This document shows, in pieces, positions 23,969 to 35,010 of a DNA stretch of 64,000 nt. Both the position numbers and the translations under genes were made by a program. The DNA is taken from NCBI RefSeq assembly GCF_022846255.1, contig NZ_AP025682.1, one strand, 5' to 3'. The stretch comes from Escherichia coli. Lineage in GTDB: Bacteria > Pseudomonadota > Gammaproteobacteria > Enterobacterales > Enterobacteriaceae. Within the stretch, counting starts at the first letter, position 1, and each line of letters starts with the position of its first letter. The notes under the pieces were generated by a model, which worked only from the letters and a program-made list of their open reading frames with translations, was not told the DNA's origin and made no database searches.

Positions 23969-26521
23969 TCAGAACAATTCCTGTGCCTCGCCATTATCGA
24001 TAATGGTCGTTCCCACCTCGTGCACCGCCTGTTGTGTCGGCTGCGTACCTTCGATGAAATACTCTTCGCGGCTGTTGCCACCATTAGCTAATTGCCCGGT
24101 GCTGCGATCGATATTCACCGTCACAATACCCGGTGGCGGCGTCAGCGGCTGCTCCGGCACACCTTCAAGAACGGCTTTCATATAAGCGTCCCATGCAGGC
24201 TGGGCACTCTTGGCACCGCCTTCGTAACCTGAGATCTGATCTTTAATCGCTCCGGAAGCCGTTGTATGACCGAGATTACGACGGTGATCATCAAAGCCAA
24301 TCCAGACCGAGGTCACAACGCCCGGACCGTAACCCGAGAACCACGCATCTTTCGAACTGTTAGTGGTACCCGTTTTTCCGCCTATATCATGCCGTTGTAA
24401 ATCACGACCTGCTCGCCAGCCAGTACCCTGCCAGCCTGGTTCACCAAAAATATTGGTGTTCAAGGCACTCTTAATCAGGAATGCCAGCGGAGTGTTGATG
24501 ACGTGCGGTGCGTACTCCTGCGCGCCGGTCTTCGCCACTAACGCCTGATTTGCCTGCTCCAGCTGCGGCATTGGTACAGAAACATTCTGCTGCTCGCGGG
24601 AGATAGCGACATCTTCAACATCGTTATTTTCCAGCACGTTCGATTTCTGCGTATCACCGTAAATCACCGGAATATCGCATTCCGGGCAGGCTACTTTCGG
24701 TTTCGCTTCGAAAATTACGCCGCCCTGATCGTTTTCAATTTTGCTGATAAACCACGGGTCCACCAGGAAGCCGCCGTTCGCCATGACCGCGTAGCCGCGC
24801 GCCACCTGCATTGGGGTGAAGGAAGCTGAACCCAGCGCCAGCGATTCGGTGTGGACAATGTTTTGTGCCGGGAAGCCGAAGCGTTGCAGATATTCTGCAG
24901 CGTAGTCGACGCCCATCGCCCGCATTGCGCGTACCATCACCACGTTTTTCGACTGACCCAGCCCCTGACGTAAGCGAATTGGACCGGCATACTGCGGTGG
25001 TGAGTTCTTCGGCTGCCAGTCAGAACCGGCACCTGCATCCCAGCGGGAAATTGGCACATCGTTCAACATACTTGCCAGCGTTAGACCTTTATCCATCGCC
25101 GCGGTGTAGAGGAACGGTTTGATGTTGGAACCCACCTGACGCAGTGCCTGGGTGGCGCGGTTAAACTTGCTCTGATTGAAATCAAAGCCACCGACCAGCG
25201 CCATAACGGCACCGTTTTGCGGATTGATCGACACCAGCGCCGAGTTCACTTCCGGCACTTGCGCCAGCCACCATGCATCGTCAACTTGACGAACCCAGAT
25301 TTGCTGACCCGTTTGCAGAACATCGGTCACTTTACGCGGCGTCGGTCCCTGCTGAGTATCCGAACGGTAAGGACGAGCCCAGCGAACACCTTCCATACTC
25401 AATACGACGGTCGACCCGTCTGCCAGCATCGCCGTCGCTCCCTGAGGATTGGCGCTGGTGACTGCGGCAGGCAGCAGCGGACCATAGGTCGGCAGCGCCT
25501 TCAGCGTATCGGTAATCTTGTTGTTATCCCACGCCGATTCGCCCACTTTCCACAGCACATTCGCCGGGCCGCGATAACCGTGGCGCATGTCGTAGTCCAG
25601 CACGTTATTACGTACCGCCTGCTGTGCGGCCTGCTGCACTTTTCGGGTGATGGTGGTGTAAATGCGATAACCGTCTTCATAGGCACTTTCGCCATAACGG
25701 TTATACATCTCCTGGCGCACCATTTCGCTCAGGTATGGCGCAGAGAAAGCAATCTCCGGCGCGTGATAGTTAGCGTTAATCGCCTCAGTGCGTGTCTGAT
25801 CGAACTGTTGTTGGGTGATATACCCTTCATCCAGCATCCGCGACAGCACGACGTTACGCCGCGCGACGGCACGATCCATTGAGTAGAGCGGGTTGAAGGT
25901 GGAAGGCGCTTTCGGCAGCCCGGCTATCACCGCCATTTCGTTCAACGTCAGTTGGTCGACCGTTTTACCGAAATAGACTTGTGCCGCAGCACCGACACCA
26001 TAGGCGCGGTAACCGAGGTAAATCTTGTTCAGATAAAGCTCGAGGATCTCGTCTTTCGTCAGCAACTGTTCAATGCGAATCGCGAGGAAGACTTCCTTAA
26101 TCTTGCGCATCAGCGTGCGTTCTGGACTGAGGAAGAAGTTTCTCGCCAGCTGCTGGGTAATGGTACTCGCCCCTTGTGACGCGTGACCGGAGAACAGCGC
26201 CACGCTTGCCGCACGGAAGATCCCCACCGGGTCAACGCCGTGATGCTCGTAGAAGCGGCTGTCTTCCGTCGCGATAAAGGCTTTCACCATCTCCGGCGGG
26301 ATTTGATCCAACGTAACCGGAATACGACGTTTCTCACCGTATTGAGCAATCAGCTCGCCATCGGCGCTGTAAATCTGCATCGGAATTTGCAGGCGAACAT
26401 CTTTTAATGTCGCCACATCCGGCAGTTGTGGCTCGATGTAGCGGTATAGGCCATAAATCGAGCCTGCTCCCAGCAGAATGCAACAGACTGCAAGGATCAA
26501 AAAATACTTTACGAACTTCAC
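23969..26521 (-). CDS. mrcA: penicillin-binding protein 1A (bifunctional transglycosylase/transpeptidase)
   Basis: 850 aa from GTG (MKFVKYFLILAV) at 26521, matching the remembered PBP1a length; an in-frame ATG 8 codons upstream at 26545 is the ORF-track start. Confidence 0.9.
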   Translation of the reverse strand: MKFVKYFLILAVCCILLGAGSIYGLYRYIEPQLPDVATLKDVRLQIPMQIYSADGELIAQYGEKRRIPVTLDQIPPEMVKAFIATEDSRFYEHHGVDPVGIFRAASVALFSGHASQGASTITQQLARNFFLSPERTLMRKIKEVFLAIRIEQLLTKDEILELYLNKIYLGYRAYGVGAAAQVYFGKTVDQLTLNEMAVIAGLPKAPSTFNPLYSMDRAVARRNVVLSRMLDEGYITQQQFDQTRTEAINANYHAPEIAFSAPYLSEMVRQEMYNRYGESAYEDGYRIYTTITRKVQQAAQQAVRNNVLDYDMRHGYRGPANVLWKVGESAWDNNKITDTLKALPTYGPLLPAAVTSANPQGATAMLADGSTVVLSMEGVRWARPYRSDTQQGPTPRKVTDVLQTGQQIWVRQVDDAWWLAQVPEVNSALVSINPQNGAVMALVGGFDFNQSKFNRATQALRQVGSNIKPFLYTAAMDKGLTLASMLNDVPISRWDAGAGSDWQPKNSPPQYAGPIRLRQGLGQSKNVVMVRAMRAMGVDYAAEYLQRFGFPAQNIVHTESLALGSASFTPMQVARGYAVMANGGFLVDPWFISKIENDQGGVIFEAKPKVACPECDIPVIYGDTQKSNVLENNDVEDVAISREQQNVSVPMPQLEQANQALVAKTGAQEYAPHVINTPLAFLIKSALNTNIFGEPGWQGTGWRAGRDLQRHDIGGKTGTTNSSKDAWFSGYGPGVVTSVWIGFDDHRRNLGHTTASGAIKDQISGYEGGAKSAQPAWDAYMKAVLEGVPEQPLTPPPGIVTVNIDRSTGQLANGGNSREEYFIEGTQPTQQAVHEVGTTIIDNGEAQELF

Positions 26522-26640
26522 TGGAAATTTCCCATTTAGTTTCATTTGGGCAGTTTATAAACAAACGCGCGGTAGTATAAAGGCAAGCCAGACGCATTGA
26601 TATACCTGTCAGAGTGACGGGTGATAAGGAGATCATCACA

Positions 26641-27420
26641 ATGGCATTTAAGAACTGGCAAATTGGTTTGCATTTACAACAGCAAGAAGCGGTAGCGGTT
26701 GCTATCGTGCGGAGCGCAAAAGAATGCTTATTGCACCGCTGGTGGCGGTTGCCACTGGAGAACGACATTATCAAAGATGGGCGGATTGTTGATGTGCAGC
26801 GGCTGGCTAACACGTTGTTACCGTGGAGTCGTGAACTGCCGCAGCGTCATCACATTATGTTGGCGTTTCCCGCCAGTCGCACATTACAGCGGTCATTTCC
26901 ACGCCCGTCGATGTCCCTCGGTGAGCGGGAGCAAATGGCCTGGCTGTCCGGGACGATGGCCCGTGAACTGGATATGGATCCGGACTCCCTGCGCTTCGAT
27001 TACAGCGAAGACTCACTCAGTCCCGCCTATAACGTGACTGCCGCGCAAAGCAAAGAGCTGGCAACGCTGCTTACTCTGGCAGAAAGGTTGCGTGTTCATG
27101 TTAGCGCGATCACTCCGGATGCCAGTGCATTACAGCGATTCCTGCCTTTTTTACCTTCTCATCAGCAATGTCTGGCCTGGCGTGATAACGAACAGTGGCT
27201 GTGGGCGACGCGCTATAGCTGGGGGCGCAAACTGGCGGTGGGGATGACTAGCGCGAAGGAGCTGGCGGCAGCGTTATCTGTTGATCCCGAAAGCGTCGCG
27301 CTATGTGGCGAAGGCGGATTTGACCCCTGGGAGGCGGTTTCTGTTCGTCAGCCGCCGCTACCGCCACCAGGTGGAGACTTTGCCATCGCGCTGGGGCTGG
27401 CGCTTGGGAAGGTGTACTGA
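26641..27420 (+). CDS. hofM: PilM-like type IV pilus/DNA-utilisation assembly protein HofM
   Basis: 259 aa from ATG (MAFKNWQIGLHLQ) at 26641; first gene of hofMNOPQ. Confidence 0.85.
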   Translation: MAFKNWQIGLHLQQQEAVAVAIVRSAKECLLHRWWRLPLENDIIKDGRIVDVQRLANTLLPWSRELPQRHHIMLAFPASRTLQRSFPRPSMSLGEREQMAWLSGTMARELDMDPDSLRFDYSEDSLSPAYNVTAAQSKELATLLTLAERLRVHVSAITPDASALQRFLPFLPSHQQCLAWRDNEQWLWATRYSWGRKLAVGMTSAKELAAALSVDPESVALCGEGGFDPWEAVSVRQPPLPPPGGDFAIALGLALGKVY

Positions 27421-27959
27421 TGAACCCGCCAATTAATTTTTTGCCCTGGCGACAGCAACGCCGGACTGCTTTTCTTCGTTTCTGGTTGCTGATGTTCGTT
27501 GCGCCTCTGCTGCTGGCCGTCGGGATAACGCTAATACTGCGTCTGACAAGCAATGCCGAAGCACGCGTAAACGCCGTTTTGCTTCAGGCGGAACAACAAC
27601 TCGCCCGCAGCTTACAGATAACGAAACCACGTTTGCTGGAACGCCAGCAGTTACGCGAACAGCGTTTGCAACGGCAGCGCCAACGACAATTTACCCGCGA
27701 CTGGCAATCTGCGCTGGAAGCACTGGCGGCGCTTTTACCCGAACATGCCTGGCTGACAACGATAAGCTGGCAGCAGGGAACGCTGGAGATCAAGGGGCTG
27801 ACAACAAGCATTGCCGCGTTAAACGCGCTGGAAACGTCACTCCGCCAGGATGCTTCTTTTCATCTCAATCAGCGGGGGGCCACGCAGCAGGATGCGCAGG
27901 GACGCTGGCAATTTGAGTATCAGTTAACAAGGAAGGTTAGCGATGAACATGTTCTTTGA
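27420..27959 (+). CDS. hofN: PilN-like protein HofN
   Basis: 179-aa ORF with N-terminal TM segment; start overlaps hofM stop. Confidence 0.85.
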   Translation: MNPPINFLPWRQQRRTAFLRFWLLMFVAPLLLAVGITLILRLTSNAEARVNAVLLQAEQQLARSLQITKPRLLERQQLREQRLQRQRQRQFTRDWQSALEALAALLPEHAWLTTISWQQGTLEIKGLTTSIAALNALETSLRQDASFHLNQRGATQQDAQGRWQFEYQLTRKVSDEHVL

Positions 27960-28383
27960 CTGGTGGTTCGCCACATCACTCCGCCTCCGCCAGTTTTGCT
28001 GGGCAGTCTGGTTGCTGGTGTTAGTTACGCTCATTTTTCTGTCATTGACACACCATGAAGAGAGCGATGCATTAATTCGACTACGGGCAAATCATCACCA
28101 GCAGTGGGCTGCACTGTATCGCCTGGTAGACACCACTTCCTTCAGCGAAGAAAAAACGCTGCCCTTTTCGCCACTGGATTTTCAGTTATCCGGCGCGCAA
28201 CTGGTTTACTGGCATCCATCCGCGCAGGGAGGTGAGTTGGCGTTGAAAACGCTGTGGGAAGCAGTGCCGTCGGCATTTACACGGCTGGCAGAGCGCAACG
28301 TCAGCGTGAGCCGTTTTTTGTTAAGCGTGGAAGGTGATGACCTTTTGTTCACGCTACAACTGGAGACGCCGCATGAGGGTTAA
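27943..28383 (+). CDS. hofO: PilO-like protein HofO
   Basis: 146-aa ORF with N-terminal TM segment; overlaps hofN end. Confidence 0.82.
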   Translation: MNMFFDWWFATSLRLRQFCWAVWLLVLVTLIFLSLTHHEESDALIRLRANHHQQWAALYRLVDTTSFSEEKTLPFSPLDFQLSGAQLVYWHPSAQGGELALKTLWEAVPSAFTRLAERNVSVSRFLLSVEGDDLLFTLQLETPHEG

Positions 28384-28777
28384 ACGCTGGTTGTTGGCAG
28401 GCATTGCATTGTGCCTTTTAACCGGTATGCGTGACCCTTTTAAACCGCCGGAAGATCTATGCCGGATTAGCGAACTTAGCCAGTGGCGCTATCAGGGGAT
28501 GGTAGGGAGAGGCGAGCGCATCATCGGTGTAATAAAAGATGGGCAAAAAAAATGGCGACGGGTGCAGCAAAACGATGTGCTGGAAAACGGCTGGACGATC
28601 TTACAGCTGACGCCAGACGCACTAACGCTGGGAACCGGGACAAACTGCGAACCGCCACACTGGTTGTGGCAACGGCAAGGAGATACAAATGAAGCAATGG
28701 ATAGCCGCACTACTGTTGATGCTTATACCCGGCGTACAGGCGGCAAAGCCGCAAAAAGTGACGCTGATGGTGGATGA
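28373..28777 (+). CDS. hofP: PilP-like lipoprotein HofP
   Basis: 134 aa from ATG (MRVKRWLLAGIALCLLTGM) at 28373; lipoprotein-like signal; ORF-track start extended by 13 codons. Confidence 0.8.
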   Translation: MRVKRWLLAGIALCLLTGMRDPFKPPEDLCRISELSQWRYQGMVGRGERIIGVIKDGQKKWRRVQQNDVLENGWTILQLTPDALTLGTGTNCEPPHWLWQRQGDTNEAMDSRTTVDAYTRRTGGKAAKSDADGG

Positions 28778-29927
28778 CGTTCCGGTAGCTCAGGTGTTGC
28801 AGGCGCTGGCTGAACAGGAGAAGTTGAACCTGGTGGTTTCGCCAGACGTCAGCGGTACGGTGTCGTTACATTTAACTGACGTTCCCTGGAAGCAGGCACT
28901 ACAAACTGTAGTGAAAAGCGCCGGATTGATAACGCGCCAGGAGGGCAACATTCTCTCGGTGCATTCCGTTGCCTGGCAGAATGACAATATCGCCCGCCAG
29001 GAGGCGGAGCAGACGCGGGCGCAGGCAAATCTGCCGCTGGAAAATCGCAATATTACTCTGCAATACGCCGACGCCGGAGAGCTGGCGAAAGCGGGGGAGA
29101 AGCTACTGAGTGCCAAAGGGAGTATGACCGTCGATAAACGCACCAATCGCCTTTTGCTGCGAGATAACAAAACGGCGTTAAGCACGCTTGAACAGTGGGT
29201 ATCGCAAATGGATCTGCCGGTCGGGCAGGTTGAGCTGTCGGCGCATATTGTCACCATTAATGAAAAAAGTTTGCGTGAGTTAGGTGTGAAATGGACGTTG
29301 GCCGATGCGCAACAAGGTGGTGGCGTTGGGCAAGTCACCACGCTTGGCAGCGACCTCTCCGTAGCGACGGCGACAACGCATATCGGTTTTAACATTGGAC
29401 GCATCAACGGACGTTTACTGGATCTTGAGCTTTCCGCGCTCGAACAAAAACAGCAGCTGGATATTATCGCCAGTCCGCGTCTGCTGGCCTCACATCTTCA
29501 GCCTGCCAGCATTAAACAGGGGAGCGAAATTCCATATCAGGTTTCCAGCGGGGAAAGTGGCGCGACGTCGGTAGAATTTAAAGAGGCCGTCCTGGGGATG
29601 GAAGTCACGCCCACGGTGTTACAAAAAGGTCGCATCCGGCTGAAATTACACATCAGCCAGAACGTTCCGGGGCAGGTGCTACAGCAGGCCGATGGCGAAG
29701 TGTTGGCGATTGATAAGCAGGAGATCGAAACGCAGGTCGAGGTCAAAAGCGGAGAAACGTTGGCGCTGGGCGGCATTTTTACCCGTAAAAATAAATCGGG
29801 TCAGGATAGCGTACCGTTGCTTGGCGACATTCCCTGGTTCGGGCAATTATTTCGTCATGACGGAAAAGAAGATGAACGACGCGAGTTAGTGGTGTTTATC
29901 ACGCCACGACTGGTTTCCAGTGAGTAA
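28689..29927 (+). CDS. hofQ: secretin HofQ (PilQ/ComE-like outer membrane channel)
   Basis: 412-aa ORF with signal peptide and secretin C-domain; 5' end overlaps hofP by 89 nt. Confidence 0.9.
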   Translation: MKQWIAALLLMLIPGVQAAKPQKVTLMVDDVPVAQVLQALAEQEKLNLVVSPDVSGTVSLHLTDVPWKQALQTVVKSAGLITRQEGNILSVHSVAWQNDNIARQEAEQTRAQANLPLENRNITLQYADAGELAKAGEKLLSAKGSMTVDKRTNRLLLRDNKTALSTLEQWVSQMDLPVGQVELSAHIVTINEKSLRELGVKWTLADAQQGGGVGQVTTLGSDLSVATATTHIGFNIGRINGRLLDLELSALEQKQQLDIIASPRLLASHLQPASIKQGSEIPYQVSSGESGATSVEFKEAVLGMEVTPTVLQKGRIRLKLHISQNVPGQVLQQADGEVLAIDKQEIETQVEVKSGETLALGGIFTRKNKSGQDSVPLLGDIPWFGQLFRHDGKEDERRELVVFITPRLVSSE

Positions 29928-30327
29928 ACAGCCGTAAAAGCGGTAATGTTTTTACGCTGAACGTGTTTCATCTATTTGACGCGCGCAGGTATTTAGCATA
30001 CAAGGAGTACCGATTTGAGAGTTGGTGCTCTTCGCTGCCTGCGTTCCATGATGATGATTTATCATTCAGGCGGCATTTTGCTGTCTTTTTTACGCTAATC
30101 TTACCCGGTGATTTATCGCCAGAGCGGTGGTAGCAAGGCAGCGCGCTTGCAGCGACCAGATATGCAGAGGGATGGGTGATTTATTCAGTTGCCAAACCCG
30201 CTGGAGTATTGAGATAATTTTCAGTCTGACTCTCGCAATATCTTATGAGGTTTCAGTTCATGTCCTGCGGCGCTCTCTGAGCGAAGCGGGTTTATCATTA
30301 ACGAATAGTCTTAGTAGTACCGAAAAA

Positions 30328-30849
30328 ATGGCAGAGAAACGCAATATCTTTCTGGTTGGGCCTATGGGTGCCGGAAAAAGCACTATTGGGCGCCAGTTAG
30401 CTCAACAACTCAATATGGAATTTTACGATTCCGATCAAGAGATTGAGAAACGAACCGGAGCTGATGTGGGCTGGGTTTTCGATTTAGAAGGCGAAGAAGG
30501 CTTCCGCGATCGCGAAGAAAAGGTCATCAATGAGTTGACCGAGAAACAGGGTATTGTGCTGGCTACTGGCGGCGGCTCTGTGAAATCCCGTGAAACGCGT
30601 AACCGTCTTTCCGCTCGTGGCGTTGTCGTTTATCTTGAAACGACCATCGAAAAGCAACTTGCACGCACGCAGCGTGATAAAAAACGCCCGTTGCTGCACG
30701 TTGAAACACCGCCGCGTGAAGTTCTGGAAGCGTTGGCCAATGAACGCAATCCGCTGTATGAAGAGATTGCCGACGTGACCATTCGTACTGATGATCAAAG
30801 CGCTAAAGTGGTTGCAAACCAGATTATTCACATGCTGGAAAGCAACTAA
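30328..30849 (+). CDS. aroK: shikimate kinase I
   Basis: 173 aa from ATG ([19 protein letters not shown]) at 30328; Walker A motif; ORF-track start is a 67-codon upstream extension. Confidence 0.95.
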   Translation: MAEKRNIFLVGPMGAGKSTIGRQLAQQLNMEFYDSDQEIEKRTGADVGWVFDLEGEEGFRDREEKVINELTEKQGIVLATGGGSVKSRETRNRLSARGVVVYLETTIEKQLARTQRDKKRPLLHVETPPREVLEALANERNPLYEEIADVTIRTDDQSAKVVANQIIHMLESN

Positions 30850-30905
30850 TTCTGGCTTTATATACACTCGTCTGCGGGTACAGTAATTAAGGTGGATGTC
30901 GCGTT

Positions 30906-31994
30906 ATGGAGAGGATTGTCGTTACTCTCGGGGAACGTAGTTACCCAATTACCATCGCATCTGGTTTGTTTAATGAACCAGCTTCATTCTTACCGCTGAA
31001 ATCGGGCGAGCAGGTCATGTTGGTCACCAACGAAACCCTGGCTCCTCTGTATCTCGATAAGGTCCGCGGCGTACTTGAACAGGCGGGTGTTAACGTCGAT
31101 AGCGTTATCCTCCCTGACGGCGAGCAGTATAAAAGCCTGGCTGTACTCGATACCGTCTTTACGGCATTGTTACAAAAGCCGCATGGTCGCGATACTACTC
31201 TGGTGGCGCTTGGCGGCGGCGTAGTGGGCGATCTGACCGGCTTCGCGGCGGCGAGTTATCAGCGCGGTGTACGTTTCATTCAAGTCCCGACGACGTTACT
31301 GTCGCAGGTCGATTCCTCCGTTGGCGGCAAAACTGCGGTCAACCATCCCCTCGGTAAAAACATGATTGGCGCGTTCTACCAGCCCGCTTCAGTGGTGGTG
31401 GATCTCGACTGTCTGAAAACGCTTCCCCCGCGTGAGTTAGCGTCGGGGCTGGCAGAAGTCATCAAATACGGCATTATTCTTGACGGTGCGTTTTTTAACT
31501 GGCTGGAAGAGAATCTGGATGCGTTGTTGTGTCTGGACGGTCCGGCAATGGCGTACTGTATTCGCCGTTGTTGTGAGCTGAAAGCAGAAGTTGTCGCCGC
31601 CGACGAGCGCGAAACCGGGTTACGTGCTTTACTGAATCTGGGACACACCTTTGGTCATGCCATTGAAGCTGAAATGGGGTATGGCAATTGGTTACATGGT
31701 GAAGCGGTCGCTGCGGGTATGGTGATGGCGGCGCGGACGTCGGAACGTCTCGGGCAGTTTAGTTCTGCCGAAACGCAGCGTATTATAACCCTGCTCACGC
31801 GGGCTGGGTTACCGGTCAATGGGCCGCGCGAAATGTCCGCGCAGGCGTATTTACCGCATATGCTGCGTGACAAGAAAGTCCTTGCGGGAGAGATGCGCTT
31901 AATTCTTCCGTTGGCAATTGGTAAGAGTGAAGTTCGCAGCGGCGTTTCGCACGAGCTTGTTCTTAACGCCATTGCCGATTGTCAATCAGCGTAA
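30906..31994 (+). CDS. aroB: 3-dehydroquinate synthase
   Basis: 362-aa ORF recognised as AroB. Confidence 0.95.
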   Translation: MERIVVTLGERSYPITIASGLFNEPASFLPLKSGEQVMLVTNETLAPLYLDKVRGVLEQAGVNVDSVILPDGEQYKSLAVLDTVFTALLQKPHGRDTTLVALGGGVVGDLTGFAAASYQRGVRFIQVPTTLLSQVDSSVGGKTAVNHPLGKNMIGAFYQPASVVVDLDCLKTLPPRELASGLAEVIKYGIILDGAFFNWLEENLDALLCLDGPAMAYCIRRCCELKAEVVAADERETGLRALLNLGHTFGHAIEAEMGYGNWLHGEAVAAGMVMAARTSERLGQFSSAETQRIITLLTRAGLPVNGPREMSAQAYLPHMLRDKKVLAGEMRLILPLAIGKSEVRSGVSHELVLNAIADCQSA

Positions 31995-32085
31995 CAACAA
32001 GAAAGGTCAGGCCGCTTATCAAGCGGTCTATTAGCTTCAGGTTAATTGCAACGTGGTAAGCATTAACCTTTTAGTGGGGTGTTAA

Positions 32086-33372
32086 ATGGATGAATTCAAA
32101 CCAGAAGACGAGCTGAAACCCGATCCCAGCGATCGTCGTACTGGTCGTTCTCGTCAATCTTCTGAACGTTCTGAGCGTACTGAACGTGGCGAACCGCAGA
32201 TCAATTTTGATGATATTGAACTTGATGACACTGACGATCGCCGTCCGACTCGTGCGCAAAAAGCGCGTAATGAGGAACCGGAAATCGAAGAAGAAATTGA
32301 CGAATCCGAAGATGAAACCGTGGATGAAGAGCGCGTAGAGCGTCGTCCGCGTAAGCGCAAAAAAGCAGCCAGTAAACCCGCTTCTCGTCAGTATATGATG
32401 ATGGGTGTCGGCATTCTGGTTCTACTGCTGTTGATCATCGGTATCGGTTCTGCGCTAAAAGCCCCCTCGACCTCTTCCAGCGATCAAACCGCGTCTGGCG
32501 AGAAGAGTATTGATCTTGCAGGCAATGCGACCGATCAGGCCAATGGCGTGCAGCCAGCGCCGGGAACCACGTCTGCGGAAAATACTCAGCAGGATGTTTC
32601 TCTGCCGCCGATCTCTTCTACGCCGACTCAAGGGCAAACCCCGGCGGCAACGGATGGTCAGCAACGTGTTGAAGTGCAGGGTGACCTGAACAATGCGCTG
32701 ACCCAGCCACAAAATCAGCAACAGTTGAACAATGTGGCGGTCAATTCTACATTGCCGACTGAACCCGCAACGGTTGCGCCTGTTCGCAATGGCAATGCAT
32801 CGCGTGACACGGCGAAAACGCAAACCGCTGAACGTCCGGCCACTACGCGCCCAGCTCGTCAGCAGGCGGTGATTGAACCGAAAAAACCGCAAGCAACCGT
32901 GAAAACGGAACCGAAGCCAGTCGCACAGACGCCGAAGCGAACTGAACCAGCTGCCCCTGTGGCGAGCACGAAGGCACCGGCTGCGACTTCTACGCCAGCA
33001 CCAAAAGAGACGGCGACTACGGCTCCAGTACAGACGGCATCCCCGGCGCAAACCACGGCAACACCAGCCGCTGGAGGGAAGACCGCAGGTAATGTTGGTT
33101 CGTTGAAATCGGCACCGTCCAGCCATTACACTCTGCAGCTGAGCAGTTCCTCTAACTACGACAACCTGAACGGTTGGGCGAAGAAAGAGAATCTGAAAAA
33201 CTACGTTGTCTATGAAACGACGCGTAATGGTCAGCCGTGGTATGTCCTGGTTTCTGGCGTGTATGCTTCGAAAGAAGAGGCGAAAAAAGCGGTATCTACA
33301 TTGCCAGCAGATGTCCAGGCCAAAAACCCGTGGGCGAAACCGCTGCGTCAGGTACAGGCCGATCTGAAGTAA
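32086..33372 (+). CDS. damX: cell division protein DamX (SPOR domain)
   Basis: 428-aa ORF; acidic N-terminus, TM segment, long Pro/Thr/Ala/Gln-rich linker, C-terminal SPOR-like domain. Confidence 0.93.
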   Translation: MDEFKPEDELKPDPSDRRTGRSRQSSERSERTERGEPQINFDDIELDDTDDRRPTRAQKARNEEPEIEEEIDESEDETVDEERVERRPRKRKKAASKPASRQYMMMGVGILVLLLLIIGIGSALKAPSTSSSDQTASGEKSIDLAGNATDQANGVQPAPGTTSAENTQQDVSLPPISSTPTQGQTPAATDGQQRVEVQGDLNNALTQPQNQQQLNNVAVNSTLPTEPATVAPVRNGNASRDTAKTQTAERPATTRPARQQAVIEPKKPQATVKTEPKPVAQTPKRTEPAAPVASTKAPAATSTPAPKETATTAPVQTASPAQTTATPAAGGKTAGNVGSLKSAPSSHYTLQLSSSSNYDNLNGWAKKENLKNYVVYETTRNGQPWYVLVSGVYASKEEAKKAVSTLPADVQAKNPWAKPLRQVQADLK

Positions 33373-33478
33373 TCAAGGTTATCTCCCGCAATGGTTTATC
33401 ATTGCGGGAGTTGCCTGAAGCGCTGGATGCTGTCGGAGCTTTCTCCACAGCCGGAGAAGGTGTAATTAGTTAGTCAGC

Positions 33479-34315
33479 ATGAAGAAAAATCGCGCTTTTT
33501 TGAAGTGGGCAGGGGGCAAGTATCCCCTGCTTGATGATATTAAACGGCATTTGCCCAAGGGCGAATGTCTGGTTGAGCCTTTTGTAGGTGCCGGGTCGGT
33601 GTTTCTCAACACCGACTTTTCTCGTTATATCCTTGCCGATATCAATAGCGACCTGATCAGTCTCTATAACATTGTGAAGATGCGTACTGATGAGTACGTA
33701 CAGGCCGCACGCGAGCTGTTTGTTCCCGAAACAAATTGCGCCGAGGTTTACTATCAGTTCCGCGAAGAGTTCAACAAAAGCCAGGATCCGTTCCGTCGGG
33801 CGGTACTGTTTTTATATTTGAACCGCTACGGTTACAACGGCCTGTGTCGTTACAATCTGCGCGGTGAGTTTAACGTGCCGTTTGGCCGCTACAAAAAACC
33901 CTATTTCCCGGAAGCAGAGTTGTATCACTTTGCTGAAAAAGCGCAGAATGCTTTTTTCTTTTGTGAATCTTATGCCGCCAGTATGGCACGAGCGGATCAA
34001 TCCTCGGTGGTGTATTGCGATCCACCTTACGCACCGCTTTCTGCAACCGCTAACTTTACGGCATACCATACGGACAGTTTTAGCCTGGAACAGCAGGCTC
34101 ATCTGGCGGAGATCGCCGAAGATCTGGTTAACAGGCAGATCCCGGTGTTGATCTCCAACCATGATACGGCGTTAACGCGCGAGTGGTATCAGCGCGCAAA
34201 ATTGCATGTCGTCAAAGTTCGACGCAGTATAAGCAGCAACGGCGGCACACGTAAAAAGGTGGACGAACTGCTGGCTCTGTACAAACCAGGAGTCGTTTCA
34301 CCCGCGAAAAAATAG
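33479..34315 (+). CDS. dam: DNA adenine methyltransferase (GATC)
   Basis: 278-aa ORF with DPPY catalytic motif (VYCDPPYAP). Confidence 0.96.
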   Translation: MKKNRAFLKWAGGKYPLLDDIKRHLPKGECLVEPFVGAGSVFLNTDFSRYILADINSDLISLYNIVKMRTDEYVQAARELFVPETNCAEVYYQFREEFNKSQDPFRRAVLFLYLNRYGYNGLCRYNLRGEFNVPFGRYKKPYFPEAELYHFAEKAQNAFFFCESYAASMARADQSSVVYCDPPYAPLSATANFTAYHTDSFSLEQQAHLAEIAEDLVNRQIPVLISNHDTALTREWYQRAKLHVVKVRRSISSNGGTRKKVDELLALYKPGVVSPAKK

Positions 34316-34332
34316 TTCTCAAGGAGAAGCGG

Positions 34333-35010
34333 ATGAAACAGTATTTGATTGCCCCCTCAATTCTGTCGGCGGATTTTGCCCGCCTGGGTGAAGATACCGC
34401 AAAAGCCCTGGCGGCGGGTGCAGATGTCGTGCATTTTGACGTCATGGATAACCACTACGTTCCCAATCTGACGATTGGGCCGATGGTGCTGAAATCTCTG
34501 CGTAATTATGGCATTACTGCCCCTATTGATGTGCATCTGATGGTGAAACCGGTCGATCGCATTGTGCCTGATTTCGCTGCCGCTGGTGCCAGCATCATTA
34601 CCTTTCATCCAGAAGCCTCCGAGCATGTTGACCGCACGCTGCAACTGATTAAAGAAAATGGCTGTAAAGCGGGTCTGGTATTTAACCCGGCGACACCGCT
34701 GAGCTATCTGGATTACGTGATGGACAAACTGGATGTGATCCTGCTGATGTCCGTCAATCCTGGTTTCGGCGGTCAGTCTTTCATTCCTCAAACACTGGAT
34801 AAACTGCGCGAAGTACGTCGTCGTATCGACGAGTCTGGCTTTGACATTCGACTGGAAGTGGACGGTGGCGTGAAGGTGAACAACATTGGCGAAATCGCTG
34901 CGGCGGGCGCGGATATGTTTGTTGCTGGTTCGGCAATCTTCGACCAGCCAGACTACAAAAAAGTCATTGATGAAATGCGCAGTGAACTGGCAAAGGTAAG
35001 TCATGAATAA
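34333..35010 (+). CDS. rpe: ribulose-phosphate 3-epimerase
   Basis: 225-aa ORF recognised as Rpe. Confidence 0.95.

Noticed and set aside
30127-30327. 67-codon N-terminal extension of aroK in the ORF track
   Set aside because: The ORF finder picked the most upstream start; the recognised AroK N-terminus ([19 protein letters not shown]) begins at 30328.
32455-33126. 223-aa Arg-rich ORF antisense to damX
   Set aside because: By-product of the low-complexity DamX linker codon bias.
34357-35004. 215-aa ORF antisense to rpe
   Set aside because: Antisense to a highly conserved enzyme gene; spurious.
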